From Escherichia coli (GTDB lineage: Bacteria; Pseudomonadota; Gammaproteobacteria; Enterobacterales; Enterobacteriaceae): 64,000 bases of DNA. Position 1 is the stretch's first letter. Each line of letters begins with the position of its first letter. Positions 23,443-31,945 of the stretch are shown here, piece by piece. The position numbers were made by a program, and so were the translations under genes. The stretch lies in NCBI RefSeq assembly GCF_045037415.1, contig NZ_CP173438.1; one strand, 5' to 3'. The notes under the pieces are model-generated. The model worked only from the letters and a program-made list of their open reading frames with translations. It ran no database searches and was not told where the DNA came from.

Positions 23443-24224
23443 ACAACGTTTTTACCGCGATACAAAACCGTGACGGAGAAGCCCTTTCTCGCATGTCAGG
23501 TTATGAGCATCAGTACGTCAACAATGACAATGTGGTGAACATGTCAGCAGAGAGGCTTGTTGATGCCCTTTTTAAACAGCTGAAACAACTGTTTCCGGCG
23601 GCAGTGGTAACCAACCTGAAGACGCCAGAGCAGGAAGTTGCTGCAAAACAGCAGTGGATTGCTGCGTTTGCCGAAGGGGGGATCCGAACCCGTGAACAGG
23701 TTTCTGCTGGTATGCGCCACGCCCGCGCCAGTGAATCTCCGTTCTGGCCGTCTCCAGGGCAATTTATCAAGTGGTGCAAAGACAGCAAGATGGTTCTTGG
23801 CGTCACCATTGACGATGTGATGGCGGAGTTTCACCGGTACAGCAAGGAAAAAAGTTTATATCCTGGTGGTCCCGAAAGATTCCCGTGGCGACATCCGGTT
23901 ATGTACTGGGTCGTATGTGATACCCGCCGTGCAATGTATCAGCGCCAGCTTAGCGAGATTGAGGTTGAGAAACACGCACGCAGGCTGCTCGATGATTGGG
24001 CGAAAAAGGTGGCTTCCGGACAGCAGATACCCGATCCGGTGATCAGCATACAGGCAAAGCCAGAGCCCATGAGTACGCCTCCGGACACAGGGAGAGACGT
24101 TTACCATCCACCAGGGCGAAGTTTCGGGTGCATGCCTAACGCCGCCACCCTTGGGGGAATAACACCGGCGCAGTGGCTGATGGAGGAATACAGGCGGGGA
24201 AAGGCGGCAGGATTTATCAAGTAA
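23424..24224 (+). CDS. Replication protein P-like (DnaB helicase loader)
   Basis: Clear similarity to lambda P central region as recalled (..QWIAAFAEGGIRTREQVSAGMRHARASESPFWPSPGQFIKWCKD.. versus lambda ..QWVLAFRENGITTMEQVNAGMRVARRQNRPFLPSPGQFVAWCRE..). Exact start uncertain (23424 or GTG 23439). Confidence 0.8.
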   Translation: MGGFLVNNVFTAIQNRDGEALSRMSGYEHQYVNNDNVVNMSAERLVDALFKQLKQLFPAAVVTNLKTPEQEVAAKQQWIAAFAEGGIRTREQVSAGMRHARASESPFWPSPGQFIKWCKDSKMVLGVTIDDVMAEFHRYSKEKSLYPGGPERFPWRHPVMYWVVCDTRRAMYQRQLSEIEVEKHARRLLDDWAKKVASGQQIPDPVISIQAKPEPMSTPPDTGRDVYHPPGRSFGCMPNAATLGGITPAQWLMEEYRRGKAAGFIK

Positions 24225-24261
24225 TACCAGCGCGATAGCGCATTTTTTTACGCCTCGACAA

Positions 24262-24276
24262 TTACCTGTTAGGTAA
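24262..24276. promoter_or_regulatory. Palindromic operator-like motif TTACC-TGTTA-GGTAA
   Basis: Perfect copy, upstream partner of the site at 24324. Confidence 0.6.
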
Positions 24277-24296
24277 TAAAATTTTCTAAAATCTAT

Positions 24297-24324
24297 TGAT
24301 TTCGTGTCTTATGTGGTTTTTAAT
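24297..24324 (+). promoter_or_regulatory. Candidate sigma70 promoter (TTGATT-N16-TTTAAT) for the DUF1064/HNH operon
   Basis: -35 24297-24302, -10 24319-24324; the -10 abuts the palindromic motif at 24324-24338. Confidence 0.4.
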
Positions 24325-24338
24325 TACCTCAGAGGTAA
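24324..24338. promoter_or_regulatory. Palindromic operator-like motif TTACC-TCAGA-GGTAA overlapping the promoter -10/+1
   Basis: Perfect copy 4 nt upstream of the ATG at 24342. Confidence 0.6.
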
Positions 24339-24341
24339 ATC

Positions 24342-24695
24342 ATGAGAAAACAGATACAGGCTCTTGGTCGACTCAAAACAGGTCAGATGAACAAAACAGA
24401 ATCTGCGTATTGCCAGCACCTTGAGCTGCGTAAACGTGCAGGGGAAATCGCCTGGTATCGATTCGAGGGTATCAAGCTACGGTTAGCTGACAACTGCTTC
24501 CTGACTGTAGATTTTGCCGTGATGTTGGCTGACGGGCAGTTGGTGATGGTGGACGTTAAGGGAAGTAAGTCAGTCTTTACTGACGATGCGAGAGTCAAGA
24601 TGAAGGTTGCGGCAGACAGCTATCCGTTTGTCTTTCAGGTTGCTTATCCAAAACCTAAAAAGCTCGGTGGTGGATGGGAGGTTGAGGAACTATGA
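24342..24695 (+). CDS. DUF1064-like phage protein
   Basis: 117 aa MRKQIQALGRLKTGQMNKTESAYCQHLELRK..; recalled as a conserved phage family of unknown function. Confidence 0.5.
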   Translation: MRKQIQALGRLKTGQMNKTESAYCQHLELRKRAGEIAWYRFEGIKLRLADNCFLTVDFAVMLADGQLVMVDVKGSKSVFTDDARVKMKVAADSYPFVFQVAYPKPKKLGGGWEVEEL

Positions 24696-25300
24696 GCGAG
24701 AAGCCCAATGCTGCGGGATTGATTGTATCCGGTGATAAAAACCCGAATTGGAAGGGTGGGAAAATCGAAAAGGTTTGCTCCGTATGTGGCAGGCAATATC
24801 AGGTTAAGCGAGCCAACTCATCTTCAAGGTTCTGCTCACTTCAGTGTGTAGGAATTTCACAGCGAGGCAAGACGGTAAATCGGGAACTAAAGCGAGTATT
24901 AAAAATATGCTGCGTATGCGGATCTTCGTTCTCCGTTTTCTTGAGTCATGAGAAGCGTCATAAATGCTGCTCGAAACAGTGTTCCAACATAATGCGTTCT
25001 TCTCTGATGAAGGGGGAAGGAAATCCAAACTGGTCTGGTGGATTATCGAGATTGCCGTATCCGTGGGATTTCCGAGAAACGAGCAAGAGGGTTATTGAGC
25101 GAGATGGTTTTACTTGTCAGAACCCAGGTTGTGATGGAACAGACAAAAGGCTAACAACTCATCACATCAATTACGACAAGCAAGATTGTCGTCAGGAGAA
25201 CCTTATTTGCCTTTGTTCGAGCTGTAACTCGAAGGCTAATTTCGGTCGGCATAAGTGGCAAAAGTTTTATGAATCACTGATGAAAAATAGATCGGCATGA
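24692..25300 (+). CDS. HNH endonuclease
   Basis: C-terminal HNH signature (..TTHHINYDKQDCRQENLICLCSSCNSK..); multiple CxxC pairs; start overlaps previous stop. Confidence 0.75.
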   Translation: MSEKPNAAGLIVSGDKNPNWKGGKIEKVCSVCGRQYQVKRANSSSRFCSLQCVGISQRGKTVNRELKRVLKICCVCGSSFSVFLSHEKRHKCCSKQCSNIMRSSLMKGEGNPNWSGGLSRLPYPWDFRETSKRVIERDGFTCQNPGCDGTDKRLTTHHINYDKQDCRQENLICLCSSCNSKANFGRHKWQKFYESLMKNRSA

Positions 25301-25442
25301 ATCGACGATCTTTTTAGTTATCAATGTAATCAATAAGTTATGTGGATAAGCGAGGGTAAAGATGGAAAGTAATATCAAAGGGTTAGTTGCCGCCGGGCAT
25401 GAGATGGCTTCGTAACTGAAAGCAGAATGTGGTGCCGTTGAT

Positions 25443-25652
25443 ATGCGCAGTGTGGCAAAGTCCCTTGAGCGTGATGCTGAATACACGATGCGAAAAGGTC
25501 TGCTGATATACAAAATCTGGAATGAGAGTTTAACTCGCGGTCCTGATTTTGTGATGTTGCGTTCCGGTGAATTTTCTAAATTACCAGTTCGGGTTTCATT
25601 TTGTCCGTTCTGTGGTGAAAGTCTGAAAACGTGGGAGAACAGAAATGAATGA
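25443..25652 (+). CDS. Hypothetical protein with C-terminal CPFC zinc-ribbon-like motif
   Basis: ORF only. Confidence 0.35.
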   Translation: MRSVAKSLERDAEYTMRKGLLIYKIWNESLTRGPDFVMLRSGEFSKLPVRVSFCPFCGESLKTWENRNE

Positions 25653-25956
25653 AATTAAAGAAATACCAGTAGTACGTGATGAATATGGCTACTGGACGCA
25701 TCCTGAATATGAAAAATTCTGTGACGGTCGGGAATATATTTCAACGGAAGAGTTTAACGCCTGGATGGAGGAAAATAATCTTCAATACGTCCTCTGCTTC
25801 AGAGATGAAGGATGTGCTGACCTTGATGCGTGTGATGCTGATATTTCTGCATGGGAACCGGAACGACCAGAGGGCAATGGATGGTTTATTGGTTCAATAC
25901 ATGACACCGAAGATGGCCCGGTTTGTGTATGGCTGAGAAATAAGGCCGAAGCATAA
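25645..25956 (+). CDS. Hypothetical phage protein
   Basis: ORF only; overlaps previous stop. Confidence 0.4.
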   Translation: MNEIKEIPVVRDEYGYWTHPEYEKFCDGREYISTEEFNAWMEENNLQYVLCFRDEGCADLDACDADISAWEPERPEGNGWFIGSIHDTEDGPVCVWLRNKAEA

Positions 25957-26084
25957 AGGCTATAAACCGACTAACAACTAAATACTGAAGATTTAAATCA
26001 GAAACGATTTTTATTAAATCCTTAACCGGAGGGATTCCTGCACCCTCAGAACATCAGGAGGCCGTCCGAAAGGGCGGTAGTGAA

Positions 26085-26267
26085 ATGCGAAAATTCAAAA
26101 TAATTATTGAAACGGGAATAGCCGGTGGAGATTTCGAGGATGAATTCGAAGTGGATGATGATGCAACACCAGATGAAATACAGGATGAAGCTAAAGATAT
26201 TTTCTTTAACTACTGCAATTACTCATACCACGAAATAAAAGACGAAGAGGAAGAACAAAATGGCTGA
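26085..26267 (+). CDS. Small highly acidic protein (60 aa)
   Basis: About one third D/E residues (..GGDFEDEFEVDDDATPDEIQDEAKD..EIKDEEEEQNG). Confidence 0.45.
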   Translation: MRKFKIIIETGIAGGDFEDEFEVDDDATPDEIQDEAKDIFFNYCNYSYHEIKDEEEEQNG

Positions 26268-26436
26268 TTTTGGTTCAACTAAATATAACGCCAGTTTTGA
26301 AGAATGGCATGAACTGTTAATGGATTATGCAGAGTTACGCGGTGGAAGTGCCGCTGATGCTGAAGCATGGCGTGATGATTATGAAGCAGGGAAAACACCG
26401 GTCGAAGCATATTGTGATGAGTGGGGCGATGAATGA
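26260..26436 (+). CDS. Small acidic protein (58 aa)
   Basis: Translated by hand: MADFGSTKYNASFEEWHELLMDYAELRGGSAADAEAWRDDYEAGKTPVEAYCDEWGDE; ATG overlaps previous stop; below ORF-track cutoff. Confidence 0.4.
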   Translation: MADFGSTKYNASFEEWHELLMDYAELRGGSAADAEAWRDDYEAGKTPVEAYCDEWGDE

Positions 26437-26792
26437 GCGAGATTAATTATCAGGAAGGGCATGAAAAGGCAGGGCAGGCAAAACCAGTTGCATGGCGATA
26501 TCGCTACGTGAAAAAAGACGTTACAGACTTTCAGGGGAAGCCGTGGGCTGGTGACTGGAAATATGTACCGACAAAAGAGGATTGTAACGACAGGCCGAAC
26601 TATGAAATTCAGGCCTTATTCATCGGCCCGCCAGTCCCGGTGACATCAGAAGGACTGGTTAAAGCCGTGCGCTTTTATGAACAGGTAAAGCGTGAGAATC
26701 CGCCAGTCGAAACAGGAGCATGGAAGGATGCTGTTGACTGGGTGCTCAGAGAGGCTTGCCAAGCTGTAAACATTGGCATCAAAGGAGAGTGA
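26433..26792 (+). CDS. Hypothetical phage protein
   Basis: ORF, translationally coupled to neighbours. Confidence 0.4.
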   Translation: MSEINYQEGHEKAGQAKPVAWRYRYVKKDVTDFQGKPWAGDWKYVPTKEDCNDRPNYEIQALFIGPPVPVTSEGLVKAVRFYEQVKRENPPVETGAWKDAVDWVLREACQAVNIGIKGE

Positions 26793-26793
26793 T

Positions 26794-27918
26794 ATGACCA
26801 CTATGACCAAAGAGCGACTACTGACAATCAAGCAGTGGCGCGAAACATACGGACCTGGTAGCAACGTTGTACTGCCAGCAGAAGAAGCGGAAGAACTGGC
26901 ACGAATTGCACTTGCATCGCTGGAAGCAGAACCGGTGGCGTGGATGCGTGATGACGCAGATGGTCGTGAGTATAACGCTCGCAATGAATTTTCTGGTGGA
27001 GGGGGAGGAGTTCCACTCTACGCCACCCCTCCAGTGCCAGTAGTACCGGAAGAAAAACCAATGCCTAATCCTCTTAGCATGTACGCGGTTGATGCTGTTG
27101 CCGCTATTGCAGAGGTGAGAGGCTGGAACGCCTGCCGCGCCGCCATGCTTCATGGTGCCGAACCTGCAAGTAATCATGAAGAGTTGCCACTTGATTATCT
27201 CCAAGGTCAAAAAGATGGTCTTGAATGGGCTGCGCAGCTTGCAGAAGCAAATCACCCACAAACTGGCGACTGGCTTTACGATGACCCGCTGGAGCTGGCT
27301 AAAGCTATCAGAAAAGGTCCTGACATGCCCGAATTCGATGGACCAACTCCGATAACGCCTGAGGCCATTGAAAACGCAATTGAATACATCCGCAGTATCG
27401 CTTTTCACATCGATGAAGACGATTACCACGGCAAACATATTGCGTATTTCATGCGACAAGCATTGGCCTTGCTGGAAGGGCATTCATGCAGCAACGACAG
27501 ACTGGGTAAAGCCGATAATCAACCAGTACGCGGCAACCAGGCTGCCGAATCCAATCGCGGTAATGAGTGGACCGGCAATCCTGATATTGATAACGCCATC
27601 ATCATGCTCGATCGCATAGATACGCTGGAAAGTTGCGATGATGACCGTATTGAGGCGGTTAAGACTGTTTTGCGTAGACTGGCTGGCAACTATCCGGTAA
27701 CTCCGGATGGTTTGATAAGCTGTAGTGAGCGAATGCCGGATACCAAAACAGCCGTTCTTGTTGCCGTGGAGTTTGACAGGAAAGGTGACTGGCGAATGAA
27801 ATGGGCGACTTACATCCCGGGGCATCCTGACGCTAATGATGGGTGGATAATTCCTGGTGCGTCGTGGAAACCGTCACACTGGATGCCGCTACCAGAACCG
27901 CCGCAGGAGGTGAAGTGA
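26794..27918 (+). CDS. Hypothetical phage protein with C-terminal DUF551-like domain
   Basis: SD aaggagag before ATG 26794; C-terminal ..WIIPGASWKPSHWMPLPEPP resembles the DUF551 family (recalled). Confidence 0.45.
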   Translation: MTTMTKERLLTIKQWRETYGPGSNVVLPAEEAEELARIALASLEAEPVAWMRDDADGREYNARNEFSGGGGGVPLYATPPVPVVPEEKPMPNPLSMYAVDAVAAIAEVRGWNACRAAMLHGAEPASNHEELPLDYLQGQKDGLEWAAQLAEANHPQTGDWLYDDPLELAKAIRKGPDMPEFDGPTPITPEAIENAIEYIRSIAFHIDEDDYHGKHIAYFMRQALALLEGHSCSNDRLGKADNQPVRGNQAAESNRGNEWTGNPDIDNAIIMLDRIDTLESCDDDRIEAVKTVLRRLAGNYPVTPDGLISCSERMPDTKTAVLVAVEFDRKGDWRMKWATYIPGHPDANDGWIIPGASWKPSHWMPLPEPPQEVK

Positions 27919-28040
27919 TGAACAAGTGCAACGCTCTGCTTTATGCCATGGTGATTGGTTTCGGCCTGGCTGCTGGTATCCGGGTTTATATTACCTGGGA
28001 GTCATTAATCAATCTGGCGTGGAGTGCGATTCGTGGCTAA
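27918..28040 (+). CDS. Small hydrophobic membrane protein (40 aa)
   Basis: SD aggagg upstream; MNKCNALLYAMVIGFGLAAGIRVYITWESLINLAWSAIRG. Confidence 0.4.
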   Translation: MNKCNALLYAMVIGFGLAAGIRVYITWESLINLAWSAIRG

Positions 28041-28371
28041 ATCCCCCGCAGAACGCAAAGCCGCGCAGCGCGCTCGGCAGTCCGCCGCCGGTGAGCGCAA
28101 AATTGAACTGGTGCTGGATAAGCAGGAGCAGGAAATGCTGGCGCGGAACTGCGCCGCCCGGCGCCCTGGTCGCGATCCCTATGAAATGGCCGAGTACATC
28201 GCGCTGCTGATCCGCCAGGATGATGCACGTGTGCGCGGGCGTATAAAATCGATCAGCAGAAAACGTTGCGGTAAGTGCGGCGAGAGAGTTCCAGTTAATT
28301 CATGCCCGTGTAATGGTGACTCGCAATGCTGGGTGACTAAAGGCTGGCATGAAACGAAATTAATAGTGTGA
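28024..28371 (+). CDS. Hypothetical protein with C-terminal Cys-rich zinc-ribbon-like motif
   Basis: ..RKRCGKCGERVPVNSCPCNGDSQCW..; immediately upstream of the packaging genes. Confidence 0.4.
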   Translation: MRFVAKSPAERKAAQRARQSAAGERKIELVLDKQEQEMLARNCAARRPGRDPYEMAEYIALLIRQDDARVRGRIKSISRKRCGKCGERVPVNSCPCNGDSQCWVTKGWHETKLIV

Positions 28372-28456
28372 CATGTCACGAGTAGATTATGCATGATGAA
28401 TTTGACGGTTTTGGATACTGCCGCCAACTATGGCGGCTTTATTTTGCATGGTACTA

Positions 28457-28471
28457 TTACCACAACGGTAA
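28457..28471. promoter_or_regulatory. Palindromic operator-like motif TTACC-ACAAC-GGTAA upstream of terminase small subunit
   Basis: Perfect copy 18 nt upstream of the TerS ATG at 28489. Confidence 0.55.
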
Positions 28472-28488
28472 CTATTACCACGGTGGTT

Positions 28489-29085
28489 ATGATGCCTGCT
28501 GAACCTAAAACCTATAAACGCAAATCAACGCAATTTAAGCCACTAACAGCAATGCAGGAGGCTTATTGCCAGTCATACATCAAAACGCCTGAAAACCAGA
28601 CTCAGGCAGCGATTAACGCAGGATTCTCTCCAAATACAGCGGCAGTTAAAGCCAGTGTCATGATGCGCGATGAACGCATTCAAAAACGGATTGCCGAGTT
28701 GATGGAGGAGCGCAACAAACGAATGCGCGTCAGTGCTGATTACGTTCTCATGCGCCTGGTGGAGATCGACCAGATGGACGTGATCGACATCCTCAACGAC
28801 GATGGGAGCCTTAAACCAATCCGTGAGTGGCCGAAAATCTGGCGCACTACGCTTAGTGGCTTTGATCTGTCATCGACCATCATGAACATGAACGAGGATT
28901 CGATAGAGACAATCCTCAAAAAAATTAAATGGCCTGACAAGGTGAAGAACCTCGAACTGATTGGTAAGCACGTCGACGTCAACGCATTCAAAGAACGCCT
29001 GGATGTTAATGTGAATGTGACAATTGCTGATCGCATAGCAGCAGCCAGGAAGCGACTCAAAGAACGTCAGGATGGTAATCAGTGA
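28489..29085 (+). CDS. Terminase small subunit
   Basis: MMPAEPKTYKRKSTQFKPLTAMQEAYCQSYIKTPENQTQAAINAGFS.. typical TerS N-terminus; directly precedes TerL. Confidence 0.75.
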   Translation: MMPAEPKTYKRKSTQFKPLTAMQEAYCQSYIKTPENQTQAAINAGFSPNTAAVKASVMMRDERIQKRIAELMEERNKRMRVSADYVLMRLVEIDQMDVIDILNDDGSLKPIREWPKIWRTTLSGFDLSSTIMNMNEDSIETILKKIKWPDKVKNLELIGKHVDVNAFKERLDVNVNVTIADRIAAARKRLKERQDGNQ

Positions 29086-30557
29086 CAGATACAGCGTTAT
29101 CTCCTGAAGAGCAGTTGATCGAGGATATTGCAGGGTTCACTCACGATCCGCTTGGCTATGCCCTCTATGCGTTCCCGTGGGGGGAAGAGGGGACTGAACT
29201 GGCACATGCTACCGGCCCACGTAAGTGGCAGGCTGATGCGTTCCGAGAGATACGTGATCACCTGCAGAATCCAGAGACGCGCTATCAGCCGCTTATGCTG
29301 GCACGTGCTTCGGGTCACGGTATTGGTAAATCCGCATTCATCTCAATGCTGATCAACTGGGGCATGTCCACTTGCGAGGATTGTAAGGTCGTGGTGACCG
29401 CCAACACCGACAACCAGCTACGAACGAAGACCTGGCCGGAAATTATCAAGTGGTCAAACCTTGCTATCACGAAAGACTGGTTTACCTGTACAGCTACCGC
29501 GATGTACAGCAATGACCCTGGACACGACAAGCGGTGGCGAGCTGACGCAATCCCCTGGTCTGAGCACAACACTGAGGCATTCGCCGGACTACACAACGAG
29601 CGCAAACGCATCATCGTGGTATTCGATGAAGCGTCGAATATTGCGGATCTGGTGTGGGAAGTTGCCGAAGGTGCGCTAACGGACGAAGACACTGAGATTA
29701 TCTGGGTGGCGTTCGGAAACCCGACGCGTAATACCGGGCGATTCCGTGAATGTTTCCGCAAATATAAACACCGCTGGAAAACTGCGCAGATTGACAGCCG
29801 GACGGTGGAAGGCACTAACAAACAGCAGTTGCAGAAATGGGTTGATGACTACGGGGAAGACAGCGACTTCGTTAAAATCCGTGTGCGCGGCATATTCCCT
29901 GATGCATCTGAATTGCAGTTTATCCCTACCGGTCTTACTGATGAGGCAATGAAACGGGTGGTAACCGCTGCGCAGGTGGCGCATGCTCCGGTGATAATCG
30001 GTGTTGACCCGGCATATTCAGGCGTTGATGACGCGGTGATATACCTGCGGCAGGGGCTGCACAGTAAGGTGCTATGGACTGGTAACAAGACCACCGACGA
30101 TCTGATTATGGCGAAGCGTATCGCTGACTTTGAAGACCAGTACCAGGCTGACGCGGTGTTCATCGACTTCGGTTACGGAACTGGTCTGAAGTCAATCGGT
30201 GATGGCTGGGGTCGTACATGGCAACTTGTTCCGTTCGGTGGCGCGTCTACTGACCCGCAGATGCTCAACAAGCGTGGGGAGATGTTCAACTCATGCAAGA
30301 CATGGCTGAGGCTGGGCGGCATGCTGGATGACCAGGAAACAGCGGACGACCTGTCTGCGGCAGAGTACAAAGTTCGAGTGGACGGTAAAATCGTTATCGA
30401 ACCGAAGGAAGATATCAAGGAGCGGCTTGGGCGTTCTCCTGGTAAAGGCGATGCGCTACTGCTGACGTTTGCGTTCCCTGTGTCGAAGCGTCTGCGAATT
30501 CCCGGGCAGCAGAACCAGCAAGGCAAGGCCATCACAGATTATGACCCGTATGCTTAA
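29082..30557 (+). CDS. Terminase large subunit
   Basis: 491 aa with Walker A-like ..ARASGHGIGKSAF.. and C-terminal nuclease region. Confidence 0.9.
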   Translation: MTDTALSPEEQLIEDIAGFTHDPLGYALYAFPWGEEGTELAHATGPRKWQADAFREIRDHLQNPETRYQPLMLARASGHGIGKSAFISMLINWGMSTCEDCKVVVTANTDNQLRTKTWPEIIKWSNLAITKDWFTCTATAMYSNDPGHDKRWRADAIPWSEHNTEAFAGLHNERKRIIVVFDEASNIADLVWEVAEGALTDEDTEIIWVAFGNPTRNTGRFRECFRKYKHRWKTAQIDSRTVEGTNKQQLQKWVDDYGEDSDFVKIRVRGIFPDASELQFIPTGLTDEAMKRVVTAAQVAHAPVIIGVDPAYSGVDDAVIYLRQGLHSKVLWTGNKTTDDLIMAKRIADFEDQYQADAVFIDFGYGTGLKSIGDGWGRTWQLVPFGGASTDPQMLNKRGEMFNSCKTWLRLGGMLDDQETADDLSAAEYKVRVDGKIVIEPKEDIKERLGRSPGKGDALLLTFAFPVSKRLRIPGQQNQQGKAITDYDPYA

Positions 30558-30614
30558 TCCGCTGGTGGGGATAATGTCGTTGATATCCTCTGATGAGGAT
30601 AAAACAAAGCCAGC

Positions 30615-31022
30615 TCATCGGCTGGCTGTTTGTGACATGTCACTGTGTTGTTGCTCGCTTAACTTCTGCTTCAGCAAGTAACCTTCAAGCATCCAGATTT
30701 TGTTTACAGCATTCTGCCGGGCAATCTTCCGACCAATTTCTGCATCAAAATTTTCCGGACTTGCACAGGCACTCTCTCCGGTGACAGTGAAGCCATTCTT
30801 CAGCACCAGTACGCAGAAAGTGAGAAGGTGCAGAGCATCAGGGGTGGCTTCGACATAAGGCTCCGGATTATAAATAAGGTCATCTTCTTTAGCCTGGTGA
30901 TCACCCTGCGCAGCAGTGAAAAAATGCTCACTGCAAATGAGGCCTTCAATTTTCTCAGGTGTTACACGCGGTGCCGTTTTGCCTTTCTCAACGATTTCTT
31001 TTTCGATTTGCTGGTCGTTCAT
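30615..31022 (-). CDS. Gp49-like phage protein, accessory gene in opposite orientation
   Basis: 135 aa; family assignment from memory only; inserted between terL and portal on the opposite strand. Confidence 0.45.
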   Translation of the reverse strand: MNDQQIEKEIVEKGKTAPRVTPEKIEGLICSEHFFTAAQGDHQAKEDDLIYNPEPYVEATPDALHLLTFCVLVLKNGFTVTGESACASPENFDAEIGRKIARQNAVNKIWMLEGYLLKQKLSEQQHSDMSQTASR

Positions 31023-31219
31023 AATCTCACCTTAAAAAAATGCCCGGCGAACCGGGCGAACTGGAAGCAATGAGTTATGCCTTCCGTGGCTGTACTGGTT
31101 TACAGCATGAAGTCATCGCAATGGCGTCCTGCTGTAAAAAGGGCGGTGATAGTCCTTCAAGGGAAACCATCACCGCCAAGCCCCTGGAACTTCTGGCATC
31201 ACGGTCCTTAGGCGTGATT

Positions 31220-31296
31220 CTGGCGTGGCATGCAGGATTCGAACCTGCGACCAACCGCTTAGAAGGCGGTTGCTCTGTCCAACTGAGCTAATGCCA
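31220..31296 (-). tRNA. tRNA-Arg (anticodon UCU), phage-encoded
   Basis: Folded by hand: acceptor GTGGCAT/ATGCCAC, D-arm GCTC..GAGC, anticodon stem ACCGC/GCGGT with loop CTTCTAA (anticodon TCT), T-arm GCAGG-TTCGAAT-CCTGC, discriminator G and encoded CCA. Confidence 0.85.
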
Positions 31297-31619
31297 CAAC
31301 GCTGAGAGCACTTAGCCTGTTAAGGCGCCACACTTTGTCGCGGCTCCATAAATGCTCTCATCGTTGTACCCTCGTCTCTTCCGAGGCGTCACACCGAATC
31401 GCCGGGATGGTGAATCCCCGTGCGCGGAATAAAACCGCTCGACTTGCACATTCCGGCTACCTGGTTCGTTTGCCCGAGCAAGGGAGGGTGCCCCTTAAAC
31501 GTATCCAGACCGCTATCGGCGCATGTGCCATACGCCGTACTGCTCAAAATAAAAGCTCACTCCACCTGTTCAATTTAACGACAATCCAGTCAGGTTAGTA
31601 ACCGGAATGAACTCTTTGG

Positions 31620-31634
31620 TTACCTGAAAGGTAA
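31620..31634. promoter_or_regulatory. Palindromic operator-like motif TTACC-TGAAA-GGTAA upstream of the head gene cluster
   Basis: Perfect copy about 90 bp upstream of ORF 31725. Confidence 0.55.
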
Positions 31635-31724
31635 TAATTTGTGCGTTAAATGTCAACTATCTACGATAAATAAATCATATGTGGTTAAATTGGTAATAAT
31701 TTAATTGCGTACGGAGTCATTGAT

Positions 31725-31931
31725 ATGTGCATGGGTAGCTCACCATCAGTGCCTGCAACACCAGAAGTTCAGGCAGCACCACAGGAGCAGGATGCCGCCG
31801 TTGTTGATGCCCGCGACGAAGAAACACGTCGCCGTCGCGCTGCTGCTGGTCGTAGTTCTACGCTGCTTACCGGTTCTCAGGGCGACACATCAACCGCTAA
31901 TACCAGCGGTAAAACGCTGCTTGGTCAGTAA
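31725..31931 (+). CDS. Small hypothetical protein (68 aa) preceding portal
   Basis: SD ggag upstream; the RBS context cggagtcattga is repeated in front of the portal gene. Confidence 0.4.
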   Translation: MCMGSSPSVPATPEVQAAPQEQDAAVVDARDEETRRRRAAAGRSSTLLTGSQGDTSTANTSGKTLLGQ

Positions 31932-31945
31932 CCGGAGTCATTGAA

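Noticed and set aside
28393-28488. N-terminal extension of the terminase small subunit ORF
   Set aside because: The extension contains the palindromic operator motif and direct repeats; TerS-like sequence begins at MMPAEP (28489).
31335-31598. 87-aa ORF in the gap between tRNA and head genes
   Set aside because: No RBS, Arg/Ser-rich low-complexity translation; the region looks non-coding. I also looked for a second tRNA here and found none.
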